Positions 11,117-21,536 of a stretch of DNA of 36,136 bases are shown piece after piece. Position 1 is the first letter of the stretch; each line of letters starts with the position of its first letter. Both the position numbers and the translations under genes were made by a program. Source of the stretch: Macrostomum lignano (taxonomy: Eukaryota); assembly GCA_002269645.1 (NCBI GenBank), contig NIVC01003069.1:1-36136 (forward strand), given 5' to 3'. The notes under the pieces are model-generated. The model was not told where the DNA came from and did not search any database. It worked only from the letters and a program-made list of their open reading frames with translations.

Positions 11117-11516
11117 CAGGTGCCTGAGCCAAAAAGTGCCACTGCAACCCCATGCTGACCCAAGTTTGCAAAATGTGGCACCCAATTTTCCAGTGCCGAA
11201 AAAAGGCCGCTCTCGAGCTGGTGAGTTCGGGCTTTGAAAAGTCGTCACACATCGGTGTTGTGCTCGGTGTACTTTAGCTCTACTCAGCAGTCGGCTCTTG
11301 TGGCTGACTGCTCCTTCAGCTGCTTATTGAACTCAGATGAAGCATCTCACCTTTCACCACCCCGCATTTATGGCGTGAATATTTGTTGTGCAAACGCGCT
11401 CAGCCAGGAGTCTTTGAATAGGGCTGCGATCTGATCGATTTCACAGGCTCTACTGTAAAAGTTTGACACAAGCTCAAAAGTGCTGTGCGAGTCTCTTTCC
11501 TATAGTGCGGGTCCAG

Positions 11517-12140
11517 AGCTACCAGACTGCAATGTCCTTCACCCTTGGCGCCCAAAGCTACCAGACTGCAATGTCCTTCACCCTTGGCGCCCAGTGCTAC
11601 CAGACTGCAATGTCCTTCACCCTTGGCGCCCAGTGCTACCAGACTGCAATGTCCTTCACCCTTGGCGCCCAAAGCTACCAGACTGCAATGTCCTTCACCC
11701 TTGGCGCCCAAAGCTACCAGACTGCAGTGTCCTTCACCCCTGGCGCCCAAAGCTACCAGACTGCAATGTCCTTGACCCTTGGCGCCCAAAGCTACCAGAC
11801 TGCAGTGTCCTTCACCCCTGGCGCCCAAAGCTACCAGACTGCAATGTCCTTCACCCTTGGCGCCCAAAGCTACCAGACTGCAATGTCCTTCACCCTTGGC
11901 GCCCAAAGCTACCAGACTGCAATGTCCTTCACCCTTGGCGCCCAAAGCTACCATCAGACTGCAGTGTCCTGCACCCTTGGCGCCCGAAGCTACCAGACTG
12001 CAATGTCCTTGACCCTTGGCGCCCAAAGCTACCAGACTGCAATGTCCTTCACCCTTGGCGCCCAAAGCTACCAGACTGCAATGTCCTTCACCCTTGGCGC
12101 CCAAAGCTACCAGACTGCAATGCCTTCACCCTTGGCGCCC
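11517..12140. repeat. 39-bp minisatellite AGCTACCAGACTGCAATGTCCTTCACCCTTGGCGCCCAA, about 16 copies (intron 5)
   Basis: Directly visible; ends at the exon 6 acceptor. Confidence 0.98.
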
Positions 12141-12144
12141 GCAG

Positions 12145-12219
12145 ACGATGAGCCGATGTCCACCGCCGAGGCCTTCCACATTGTTGGCGTGCCATTCTTT
12201 GTGGCTGTGCACTCCGAAG
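12145..12219 (+). CDS. Multi-FN3 gene, exon 6 (thioredoxin-fold cis-Pro loop, GVP)
   Basis: Acceptor CGCAG ends at 12144. DEPMSTAEAFHIVGVPFFVAVHSE. Donor G|GTAAAT at 12220 is phase 1. Confidence 0.85.
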
Positions 12220-12306
12220 GTAAATTATTAATTAATACGAATTCAATTTTTATTCAGCCGTTGCCATGGCAACTGACGCTCTCTCGATGCCCCTCCTGCT
12301 CCGCAG

Positions 12307-12447
12307 GCTACATCGCCTGGCGCGGCCGGTACTGCGCCCTGGACTACAGCAGCTTCGAGGAGGAGATGAGCCAGGTGCTGCGCTCTGTGAAGGACAAAAC
12401 CCGACTTGACGATCAGCTGAGTGTGGAGAACGGGCAGCCGGCTGTGG
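12307..12447 (+). CDS. Multi-FN3 gene, exon 7
   Basis: Acceptor CGCAG ends at 12306 (G|GC = G). YIAWRGRYCALDYSSFEEEMSQVLRSVKD. Donor G|GTGAGT at 12448 is phase 1. Confidence 0.85.
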
Positions 12448-12707
12448 GTGAGTTCGGGCTCCCCGGCTAGTGAATGAGTGTTAAAGTACAACAGGGCAAA
12501 CTTCAGACACAAGCAAAAGTGCAGGATTAAAATTGAGCGCGTGAACCAAATACAGCATTTTAAATTGCATACATAAAGAAGGCAAGTAAAATGAGTCACA
12601 AAAGTACAAAAACAAAAGTACACATTTACAATTACAAGCATGGAAGCGGGAAAAGTACACAAATAAAAGTACGCGGGCAAAAGTACACACTTTTCCCGTT
12701 CCCGCAG

Positions 12708-12795
12708 ACCACTCGCACGCGAAGCGAGCCTACGACGACTCGAATGTGGCGCTGCACCCCGCCAATTCGTTCGCGGGCACCGCGGGCTCGAAGAA
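12708..12795 (+). CDS. Multi-FN3 gene, exon 8
   Basis: Acceptor TTCCCGCAG ends at 12707 (G|AC = D). HSHAKRAYDDSNVALHPANSFAGTAGSK. Donor AA|GTGAGT at 12796 is phase 2. Confidence 0.8.
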
Positions 12796-12878
12796 GTGAG
12801 TTGGAGCTGAGCAGTGGGGATTAAGCAGGAGCTGGGCTGGGATTTCAATTTGGCCGCTGTACTTCCCCGATCCCGCAG

Positions 12879-13038
12879 GCCGTCCAAGCAGTCGCCGGCC
12901 AAGATCAGCATCAGCACGCGGCCCTACAGCGGCCGGCCGAGCTCCGCGTCCGCCTCTGGCGGGGGCGGCGGGGGTGGCAGCGGCGGAGGCGCCTCTCAGC
13001 GAAGGCGGCGCTCGGGCTCGGCCTTCAAGCGGGACTGA
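12879..13038 (+). CDS. Multi-FN3 gene, terminal exon 9 (Ser/Gly/Arg-rich tail, stop TGA 13036-13038)
   Basis: Acceptor CCCGCAG ends at 12878 (AA|G = K). PSKQSPAKISISTRPYSGRPSSASASGGGGGGGSGGGASQRRRRSGSAFKRD*. Confidence 0.8.
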
Positions 13039-13637
13039 AGAACCGGCTGACGGTCACAACAATGCACCCAGGACGTACCGCTGTTGACCCCCCCCCCAGA
13101 CACGTAGAATTGCTTGTTTTCGCCCCGAACAGTCCACCTGCTTTGCTTACCCGTAGTTGCTTGGCGTTCCTCTCTCTGCCTCTCCGCTTTCTCAGCTCTT
13201 CCGCCGTGCCGAAGCCCAGACTTGGCCAGACCGAACCCGCAGAGCGGGAGGCCAGACTCTCCCCTGCATCAGCGGCGAGACCCCCTGAGGGGGTCATTTT
13301 CACTCGAAAAGCGAGAGGCGGCAGCTCGCAGCCTGCCGCCGGCCTCCCACCTGCTGGAATTCATTTTCATTTCCACGCTAAAAGCAACGTAAAAATTTGC
13401 TTGGGAACTTGGAAGCCCGAATGAGATACAATGGGGTTCGGCCGTCACTGCAGCAGTGCATGTGCCGCTGCGACACCCCAGCACCCACCACTAACTTTTC
13501 TGATATTTGTCTTGCGTTCATTTCCTGCTTTTCGGCTGGCAGTTGTGTTTAGCCTTGTGTTTAACTCTGGTTCTATTGTGCTGGTTTGTGTTTATTGTGC
13601 TGCTGATTTCAGATGTGTGTGTTTAATCACCTTTGGC

Positions 13638-13890
13638 TGTGTTTATTGTCTGTTAGCTTGTGTTTAATGTGTGTTAATGAGTTTTGTGTTTATTGTCTGT
13701 TAGCTTGTGTTTAATGTGTGTTAATGAGTTTTGTGTTTATGTGTCTGTTAGCTTGTGTTTAATGTGTGTTAATGAGTTTTGTGTTTATTGTCTGTTAGCT
13801 TGTGTTTAATGTGTGTTAATGAGCTTTGTGTTTATTGTCTGTTAGCTTGTGTTTAATGTGTGTTAATGAGTTTTGTGTTTATTGTCTGAT
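13638..13890. repeat. 47-bp TG-rich tandem repeat, about 5 copies
   Basis: Unit GTTTATTGTCTGTTAGCTTGTGTTTAATGTGTGTTAATGAGTTTTGT. Confidence 0.93.
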
Positions 13891-14204
13891 TCCTGTGTTT
13901 ATTTTTGTGCTTCTACTTTTTTAACATTCGCTGCCGAGTTGTTAATTCTCTCTGGCTGATGATGCCGACTTTACTGCTGACTATTTATGCCCAGCTTCCT
14001 TCACCGCCTGAAATGCAGCTGCACCTCAGAATCCCCCTTTCTTCCTCTCCTGCATCACCGGCCCAGAACTCAAAAACAGATTTTCGAATATTTTAAACCT
14101 GTTTTGCGCTAACTTTGATTCTTTCACCTTTGACTTCGGCGCGGCACCAAAGTGCGCGCTGCTCTTTTTGATCTCTTGAAACCCGAGTCGAACAGCTGAT
14201 TGGA

Positions 14205-14210
14205 AATAAA
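14205..14210 (+). terminator. Candidate poly(A) signal for the FN3 gene
   Basis: An AATAAA about 1.17 kb after the stop codon; a second one is at 14441. Motif evidence only. Confidence 0.25.
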
Positions 14211-14984
14211 TGATTCTTCAGTTACTGTTTTATCGATTTTTATAAGAAAACAAAAAATTCCTTCCGTCACAGCCAAAATGTATCAGCCAGTGGCATTGCT
14301 TTGACTTTTGAGTTTCCAATGTTGTTAGAATGAGCTGTTGGCCTCTGAAATTCTAAATAATTATGAGTTATGATCGTAATTGTGTAAGTAAGACTAGCCA
14401 CACTAAAGTGCTATAATGATTATCTAAACTAAAGTTCAGTAATAAATAATGATTATCCAAAACAAATTGCAGTGATTATGACTATCCAAGAAAAAGTCCA
14501 GCAATAAATTATGATTGAAGGAACGAAAAGTGCAGAAATGAATAATCAGGCATTGCATTTCCTAGAAAGAATCGGCGCCCTTCAAAAGTCTGCCCGAATT
14601 GCCCGCGCCTGTGCAGCCCGCAGCCTGGGTGGCGGCTTGACTGGAGTGGGGGGGGCTGGTGCCGGGCCAAACTGTTTATTGACCTGCCCACCCCAGACCC
14701 CTGATCCGTCTTCCCTGCGTCAACACACCAAGCCTTTGCTTGCCGTCTCAGAGGCCTCCCATTACGAGGTCTGGAAAGGGGGAGGGGCGGCACGGCGATT
14801 GCTTTACGAGCGTGGTCGTTAAATTGCGGCGAGAGAGACGCCGGTCCTGGAGGCTGGGGCCGCAGCAGGGTGAGGCTTTTTGGCGAGGGTGGCGCAACTT
14901 GTGGAAATTTAAACCTTTCGCTTAGGTGAAATGCGAAGAACTGGGAGGGGCCGATGGTGCGGAAAGGGAGATTGGGAGAAATTA

Positions 14985-15885
14985 GGATCGAATGATGACG
15001 GAGATTGGGAGAGGATGATGGAGATAATGAGGGAGATTGGGGAGAGGATGATGGAGATAATGAGGGAGATTGGGGGGAGGATGATGAAGATAATGAGAGA
15101 CATTGGGGGAGAGGATGATGGAGATAATGAAGAAGATTGGGGAGAGGATGATGAAGATAATGAGAGACATTAGGGGAGAGGATGATGGAGATAATGAGGG
15201 AGATTGGAGGAGAGGATGATGGAGATAAGGAAGGAGATTGGGGAGAGGATGATGGAGATAATGAGGGAGATTGGGGGAGGATGATGAAGATAATAAGGGA
15301 GATTGGGGAGAGGATGATGGAGATAATGAGGGAGATTGGGGGAGGATGATGGAGATAAGGAGGGAGATTGGGGAGAAGATGATGAGGATAATGAGGGAGA
15401 TTGGGGGAGAGGTTGATGGAGATAATGAGGGAGATTTGGAGGGGGAGAGGTTGATGGAGATAATGAGGGAGATTTGATGGAGATAAGGAGGGAGATTTGG
15501 AAGGGAGAGGATGATGGAGATAAGGAAGGAGATTGGGGAGAGGATGATGGAGATAATGAGGGAGATTGGGGAGAGGATGATGGAGATAATGAGGGAGATT
15601 GGGGAGAGGATGATGGAGATAAATGAGGGAGATTGGGGGAGAGGATGATGGGGATAATGAGGGATATTGGGGAGAGAATGATGGTGATAATGAGGGACAT
15701 TGGGGGAGAGGATGATGGAGATAATGAGGGAGATTGGGGAGAGGATGATGAGGATAATGAGGGAGATTGGGGGAGAGGTTGATGGAGATAATGAGGGATA
15801 TGGGGAGGGGGAGAGGTTGATGGAGATAATGAGGGAGATTTGGAGGGGGAGAAGTTGATGGAGATAATGGGGGATATTTGGAGGG
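14985..15885. repeat. ~33-bp purine-rich minisatellite GGGAGAGGATGATGGAGATAATGAGGGAGATTG (degenerate)
   Basis: Directly visible. Confidence 0.93.
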
Positions 15886-16749
15886 GGAGACGGTTGGTGA
15901 TGGGTTATGGTGCCGGAGACGGGGGAAGCTGACAGCAGGGGATTATAAGTGGAAAAATATTGACACGATGATGAGGGAAGGAGACTGGGGAGGAGAGCAG
16001 GCCGGTGCAAACCGGAGCACCAGAAAGGCAGTGGAGAGGCAAAGTTCGCCAATCCGCTGCCTCGAAGGACTTCAGTCCGAGGCTGCCGTGGTGACCGGCC
16101 GTCAGCTGCTCCTGCTGGCTCCCCGACCGCCAGAATCCTACAAGAAGCCGAAGAGATGAAGGACAAGTGGGATAATGGGATCTGACGGAGCCGGGAAGTC
16201 AATGCCTCACAAAGCCTCCCGGTATTGCACACGCGATGCGACTTCATTACTGCCGATATGTTTCCTCAATCAGTCAAGCACGGGTGCGCAGTCAGCCCTG
16301 AGCAGGGCAGCCGCCTGACTGCCTCACCAGCCCTGCCCAGCCCTGCCAGCCGCAGCGATAAGAGGGTGCAGCTTTTGCCGCCTTATCGGCCGCAGCTGCT
16401 GACCCCCCGTCCCACTTTCTCCCACGCACTCTGCTTTCTGCCTGTCATTCAGCCGCTGGCCGCTTGCAGCAACTCCCCCCTGCCCGAAAGAAGAATCTCT
16501 GCCCCTCTTTGCCGTCTGTTCCAGCTTCTGCGGGATGCCGGGGGTTGCAGATTCGCAAGCCGCACTTTTCAGTCATAAATGCCGGATCGAAATTGAAGAG
16601 TGATAAAATGAAAGATGCAAAACTGCCTCGAATTCGCCCCCAAGTTGGAACTTCATCATCGGATGCTGCGGCAGCATTGCGAGATTGAGTTTCCTTTTTC
16701 AGAATTTTTGTGAACCTCCCAGCTGGGGCTGACAGTGGCGCTGAGTTTC

Positions 16750-17450
16750 TGTCTACAGGCTACAGGCTTTGCTGTGTCTGTCTACAGACTACATTCAACA
16801 GACTACAGGCTCTGCTGTGTCTGTCTGTCTACAGACTACATTCAACAGACTACAGGCTCTGCTGTGTCTGTCTGTCTACAGACTACATTCAACAGACTAC
16901 AGGCTTTGCTGTGTCTGTCTGTCTGCAGACTACATTCAACAGACTACAGGCTTTGCTGTGTCTGTCTGCAGACTACATTCAACAGACTACAGGCTTTGCT
17001 GTGTCTGTCTGTACATTCAACAGACTACAGGCTGCTGTGTCTGTCTACAGACTACATTCAACAGACTACAGGCTCTGCTGTGTCTGTCTATCTACAGACT
17101 ACATGCTCTGCTGTAACTGTCTATCTACAGACTACAGGCTCTGCTGTAACTGTCTATCTACAGACTACATGCTCTGCTGTAACTGTCTATCTACAGACTA
17201 CAGGCTCTGCTGTAACTGTCTATCTACAGACTACAGGCTCTGCTGTAACTGTCTATCTACAGACTACAGGCTCTGCTGTAACTGTCTATCTACAGACTAC
17301 AGGCTCTGCTGTAACTGTCTATCTACAGACTACAGGCTCTGCTGTAACTGTCTATCTACAGGCTATATGCATTCTTATTTGTCTATCTACGCCTCGTATC
17401 TACAGACTACAGACTCTGCTGTCTTTCCGTCTACAGACTACAGGCTCTAC
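16750..17450. repeat. Compound minisatellite: 47-bp unit switching to a 33-bp unit, shared CTACAGACTACA core
   Basis: CTACAGACTACATTCAACAGACTACAGGCTCTGCTGTGTCTGTCTGT, then CTACAGACTACAGGCTCTGCTGTAACTGTCTAT from ~17090. Confidence 0.93.
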
Positions 17451-17880
17451 TACGCTCGTATGCGCTGCCTCTTTCCACCGCCATTATTTGCAGAATTATA
17501 TTCAGGTTTTCAAGCTGTCAAAGATCCTTTTCTCCCAAGCTGTCTGTAGCAGCGGCTCACAAGCTGCTCAGCTGCCGATTTCCGCCTGCTTGAGTTCCTG
17601 TCTGCTCCAGTGCCCCGTCTCTGCCACAGCAGGCAATCTGCTGTAGCGAGCAGCTGATACAATCGGGTTTTTAAGTGGGCATTGGGAGCTGCTGCATTTG
17701 GCAGGATTTGGCCGGGACTGAGACCTGAGCTGAGAGTGGAGGTGTGAGTGTGAGACCCCGCTTTAATTGGGGGCGGATTTGGGAGGGCGGCCCGTGAGGA
17801 AATGGGGCCGAGGAGAAGGGAACGAGCAGAGCAGTGAGCGACCGAGAGAAGGTGGCTTAAAAGGTGAAAATGGAAGAAGC

Positions 17881-20210
17881 CAGAGAAAGGGGAGCAGGGA
17901 GAGAAGGGGAGCAGGGAGAGAAGGGGAGCAGGGAGAGAAGGGCAGCAGGGAGAGAAGGGGAGCAGGGAGAGAAGGGGAGAGAAGGGGAGCAGGGAGAGAA
18001 GGGGATCAGGGAGAGAAGGGGAGAGAAGGGGAGCAGGGAGAGAAAGGGAGAGAAGGGGAGCAGGGAGATAAGGGCAGCAGGGAGAGAAGGGGAGAGAAGG
18101 GGAGCAGGGAGAGAAGGGCAGCAGGGAGAGAAGGGGAGCAGGGAGAGAAGGGCAGCAGGGAGAGAAGGGCAGCAGGGAGAGAAGGGGAGAGAAGGGGAGC
18201 AGGGAGAGAGGGGGAGCAGGGAGAGAAGGGGAGCAGGGAGAGAAGGGCAGCAGGGAGAGAAGGGGAGAGAAGGGGAGCAGGGAGAGAAGGGCAGCAGGGA
18301 GAGAAGGGGAGCAGGGAGAGAAGGGGAGCAGGGAGAGAAGGGGAGCAGGGAGAGAAGGGGAGCAGGGAGAGAAGGGGAGCAGGGAGAGAAGGGCAGCAGG
18401 GAGAGAAGGGCAGCAGGGAGAGAAGGGGAGCAGGGAGAGAAGGGCAGCAGGGAGAGAAGGGAAGCAGGGAGAGAAGGGGAGCAGGGAGAGAAGGGGGCAG
18501 GGAGATAAGGGGAGCAGGGAGAGAAGGGCAGCAGGGAGAGAAGGGGAGAGAAGGGGAGCAGGGAGAGAAGGGGAGCAGGGAGAGAAGGGCAGCAGGGAGA
18601 GAAGGGCAGCAGGGAGAGAAGGGGAGAGAAGGGGAGCAGGGAGAGAAGGGCAGCAGGGAGAGAAGGGGAGCAGGGAGAGAAGGGGAGCAGGGAGAGAAGG
18701 GAGCAGGGAGAGAAGGGCAGCAGGGAGAGAAGGGGAGAGAAGGGGAGCAGGGAGAGAAGGGCAGCAGGGAGAGAAGGGGAGCAGGGAGAGAAGGGGAGCA
18801 GGGAGAGAAGGGGAGCAGGGAGAGAAGGGCAGCAGGGAGAGAAGGGGAGAGAAGGGGAGCAGGGAGAGAAGGGCAGCAGGGAGAGAAGGGGAGAGAAGGG
18901 GAGCAGGGAGAGAAGGGCAGCAGGGAGAGAAGGGGAGCAGGGAGAGAAGGGCAGCAGGGAGAGAAGGGGAGAGAAGGGGAGCAGGGAGAGAAGGGCAGCA
19001 GGGAGAGAAGGGGAGAGAAGGGGAGCAGGGAGAGAAGGGCAGCAGGGAGAGAAGGGGAGAGAAGGGGAGCAGGGAGAGAAGGGGAGCAGGGAGAGAAGGG
19101 GAGCAGGGAGAGAAGGCAGCAGGGAGAGAAGGGCAGCAGGGAGAGAAGGGGAGCAGGGAGAGAAGGGGAGCAGGGAGAGAAGGGCAGCAGGGAGAGAAGG
19201 GGAGAGAAGGGGAGCAGGGAGAGAAGGGCAGCAGGGAGAGAAGGGGAGCAGGGAGAGAAGGGGAGCAGGGAGAGAAGGGAGCAGGGAGAGAAGGGCAGCA
19301 GGGAGAGAAGGGGAGAGAAGGGGAGCAGGGAGAGAAGGGCAGCAGGGAGAGAAGGGGAGCAGGGAGAGAAGGGGAGCAGGGAGAGAAGGGGAGCAGGGAG
19401 AGAAGGCAGCAGGGAGAGAAGGGCAGCAGGGAGAGAAGGGCAGCAGGGAGAGAAGGGGAGCAGGGAGAGAAGGGAGCAGGGAGAGAAGGGCAGCAGGGAG
19501 AGAAGGGGAGCAGGGAGAGAAGGGAAGCAGGGAGAGAAGGGGAGCAGGGAGAGAAGGGGAGCAGGGAGAGAAGGGGCAGGGAGAGAAGGGGAGCAGGGAG
19601 AGAAGGGCAGCAGGGAGAGAAGGGGAGAGAAGGGGAGCAGGGAGAGAAGGGCAGCAGGGAGAGAAGGGGAGAGAAGGGGAGCAGGGAGAGAAGGGCAGCA
19701 GGGAGAGAAGGGCAGCAGGGAGAGAAGGGCAGCAGGGAGAGAAGGGCAGCAGGGAGAGAAGGGGAGAGAAGGGGAGCAGGGAGAGAAGGGCAGCAGGGAG
19801 AGAAGGGGAGAGAAGGGGAGCAGGGAGAGAAGGGCAGCAGGGAGAGAAGGGCAGCAGGGAGAGAAGGGGAGCAGGGAGAGAAGGGCAGCAGGGAGAGAAG
19901 GGGAGAGAAGGGGAGCAGGGAGAGAAGGGCAGCAGGGAGAGAAGGGGAGAGAAGGGGAGCAGGGAGAGAAGGGCAGCAGGGAGAGAAGGGCAGCAGGGAG
20001 AGAAGGGGAGCAGGGAGAGAAGGGGAGCAGGGAGAGAAGGGCAGCAGGGAGAGAAGGGGAGAGAAGGGGAGCAGGGAGAGAAGGGCAGCAGGCAGAGAAG
20101 GGCAGCAGGGAGAGAAGGGGAGCAGGGAGAGAAGGGGAGCAGGGAGAGAAGGGGAGCAGGGAGAGAAGGGGAGCAGGGAGAGAAGGGGAGCAGGGAGAGA
20201 AGGGGAGAGA
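17881..20210. repeat. 17-bp purine-rich minisatellite CAGGGAGAGAAGGG(G/C)AG with shorter ~11-bp variants, ~2.3 kb
   Basis: Directly visible; almost free of T on the + strand. Confidence 0.98.
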
Positions 20211-21175
20211 GTTGAGAGCAGCAGTGTTGCAATGAATCAAGCAGGGAGAGATAAGATTGCATGTAGAAGGAAAAATTAAGCAAAGCGGTACTTGGCAGGG
20301 GGCAGACAGGGGAATCAGTCATGCCTAGGGCTGGGGAAGAGTGCAGAGATTAAAAAGGCAGCTGCAATATCTCCGCAGCCCTGGGCAGATAAGTTCGGGA
20401 GCGCCGAGAGCCGAGGACACCGCTATCTGCCGCCGGAACCCGCCGGAGAAAATAAGAGGGGGCCACTTCCAGCCGCCTGCGGATCCTTGGAGACCCGGCG
20501 GCTCCGCTCAGCCTGCGGAGGGGCTGCCGCGCCGCGAGCCAAACAGCTTATTAGGCCAGATGCTTATCGTATTCCGCAGCGCTGGGCAGATGAAGACAGG
20601 CGAGGCCCAGCCTCCCAGGAGGCGCCAGCCAGCCTCATCCCCCCATCACGGCGTGTTTCCCGGGTGCATTTCGCTTTTCCCCGCTGGCAGCTGCGGCGGC
20701 ATCCCGGAGCTGCAGTTCGGCTCCGCTATTTTTAGCTGGGGGGCCCGTGGGGGCAGCAGAAGGTGCCGGCAAGATGGAAGGCGGCGGCCAGCAGCAGAGA
20801 AACACAGGAGGTTGAAATGAAGGCCAAAAGTGCCCAGCGGGCAGACGCACTGGAGTGCGCCAGCGAAGTCTGCCTCCGCACAGGTTTATTTACAGTTGCG
20901 AACTGGTCGATGCATTGAATCTCTGAAGAAATGAAGCTGGACTGCGAGGACTGGGGAGGCTTGGGGAGGGGCGTGAGTCGGCATGCGAGGTTGGCACCTG
21001 GGCGACAGGGGGTGACGTGACGCTTGGGGTTGCAATCTGGACATCACGACGGTCAGCTTTGAATGCGTTGGGAGCCTGAGCAGTGCTGAGCGATTCACTT
21101 TGGGGATCACGGCTGGCTTTGATGAGGCTGGGAGACTGGAGGCGAAGTAGAGCCATTCGGTTGTCAAGGTACTTG

Positions 21176-21362
21176 GGATTCTGGTGCTGCTGGCTCTGAT
21201 CTCATCAGCTGTGGGATTCTGGTGCTGCTGGCTCTGATCCCATCAGCTGTGGGATTCTGGTGCTGCTGGCTCTGATCCCATCAGCTGTGGGATTCTGGTG
21301 CTGCTGGCTCTGATCCCATCAGCTGTGGGATTCTGGTGCTGCTGGCTCTGACACCATCAGCT
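21176..21362. repeat. 38-bp tandem repeat, about 5 copies, just beyond the Kv1 poly(A) signal
   Basis: Unit GGGATTCTGGTGCTGCTGGCTCTGATCCCATCAGCTGT. Confidence 0.95.
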
Positions 21363-21388
21363 CAGCGTGCACTTTTGATGTTGCTAGC

Positions 21389-21394
21389 TTTATT
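21389..21394 (-). terminator. Candidate poly(A) signal AATAAA for the Kv1 gene
   Basis: TTTATT on the + strand, about 145 nt downstream of the Kv1 stop codon. Confidence 0.5.
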
Positions 21395-21536
21395 AATCAA
21401 ATTTATAAAATGCTGAGAAGTCCCGGCTCCGATCCAAGACCCTTCTGGGGGCTGCACAAAGCAGCGGATGGTCCCAAATCCTGTTCAACCGTCCAGCTTC
21501 CGCCAGCGCATCTCCCAGCCTTGGGCGCCACAGGCC

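Noticed and set aside
16710-17646. Cys-rich 279/303-aa ORFs resembling metallothionein or keratin-associated proteins (LCCNCLSTDYR)n
   Set aside because: They coincide exactly with the 47/33-bp DNA array, show near-identical DNA units without synonymous divergence, and lack a credible start or signal.
17767-20322. 822-aa collagen-like (GEQGEKG) ORF and 821/744-aa Leu/Pro/Ser ORFs
   Set aside because: A strand with almost no T, and its complement with almost no A, can hardly contain stop codons. The 17-bp unit is not a codon multiple, and no strict Gly-X-Y register is maintained.
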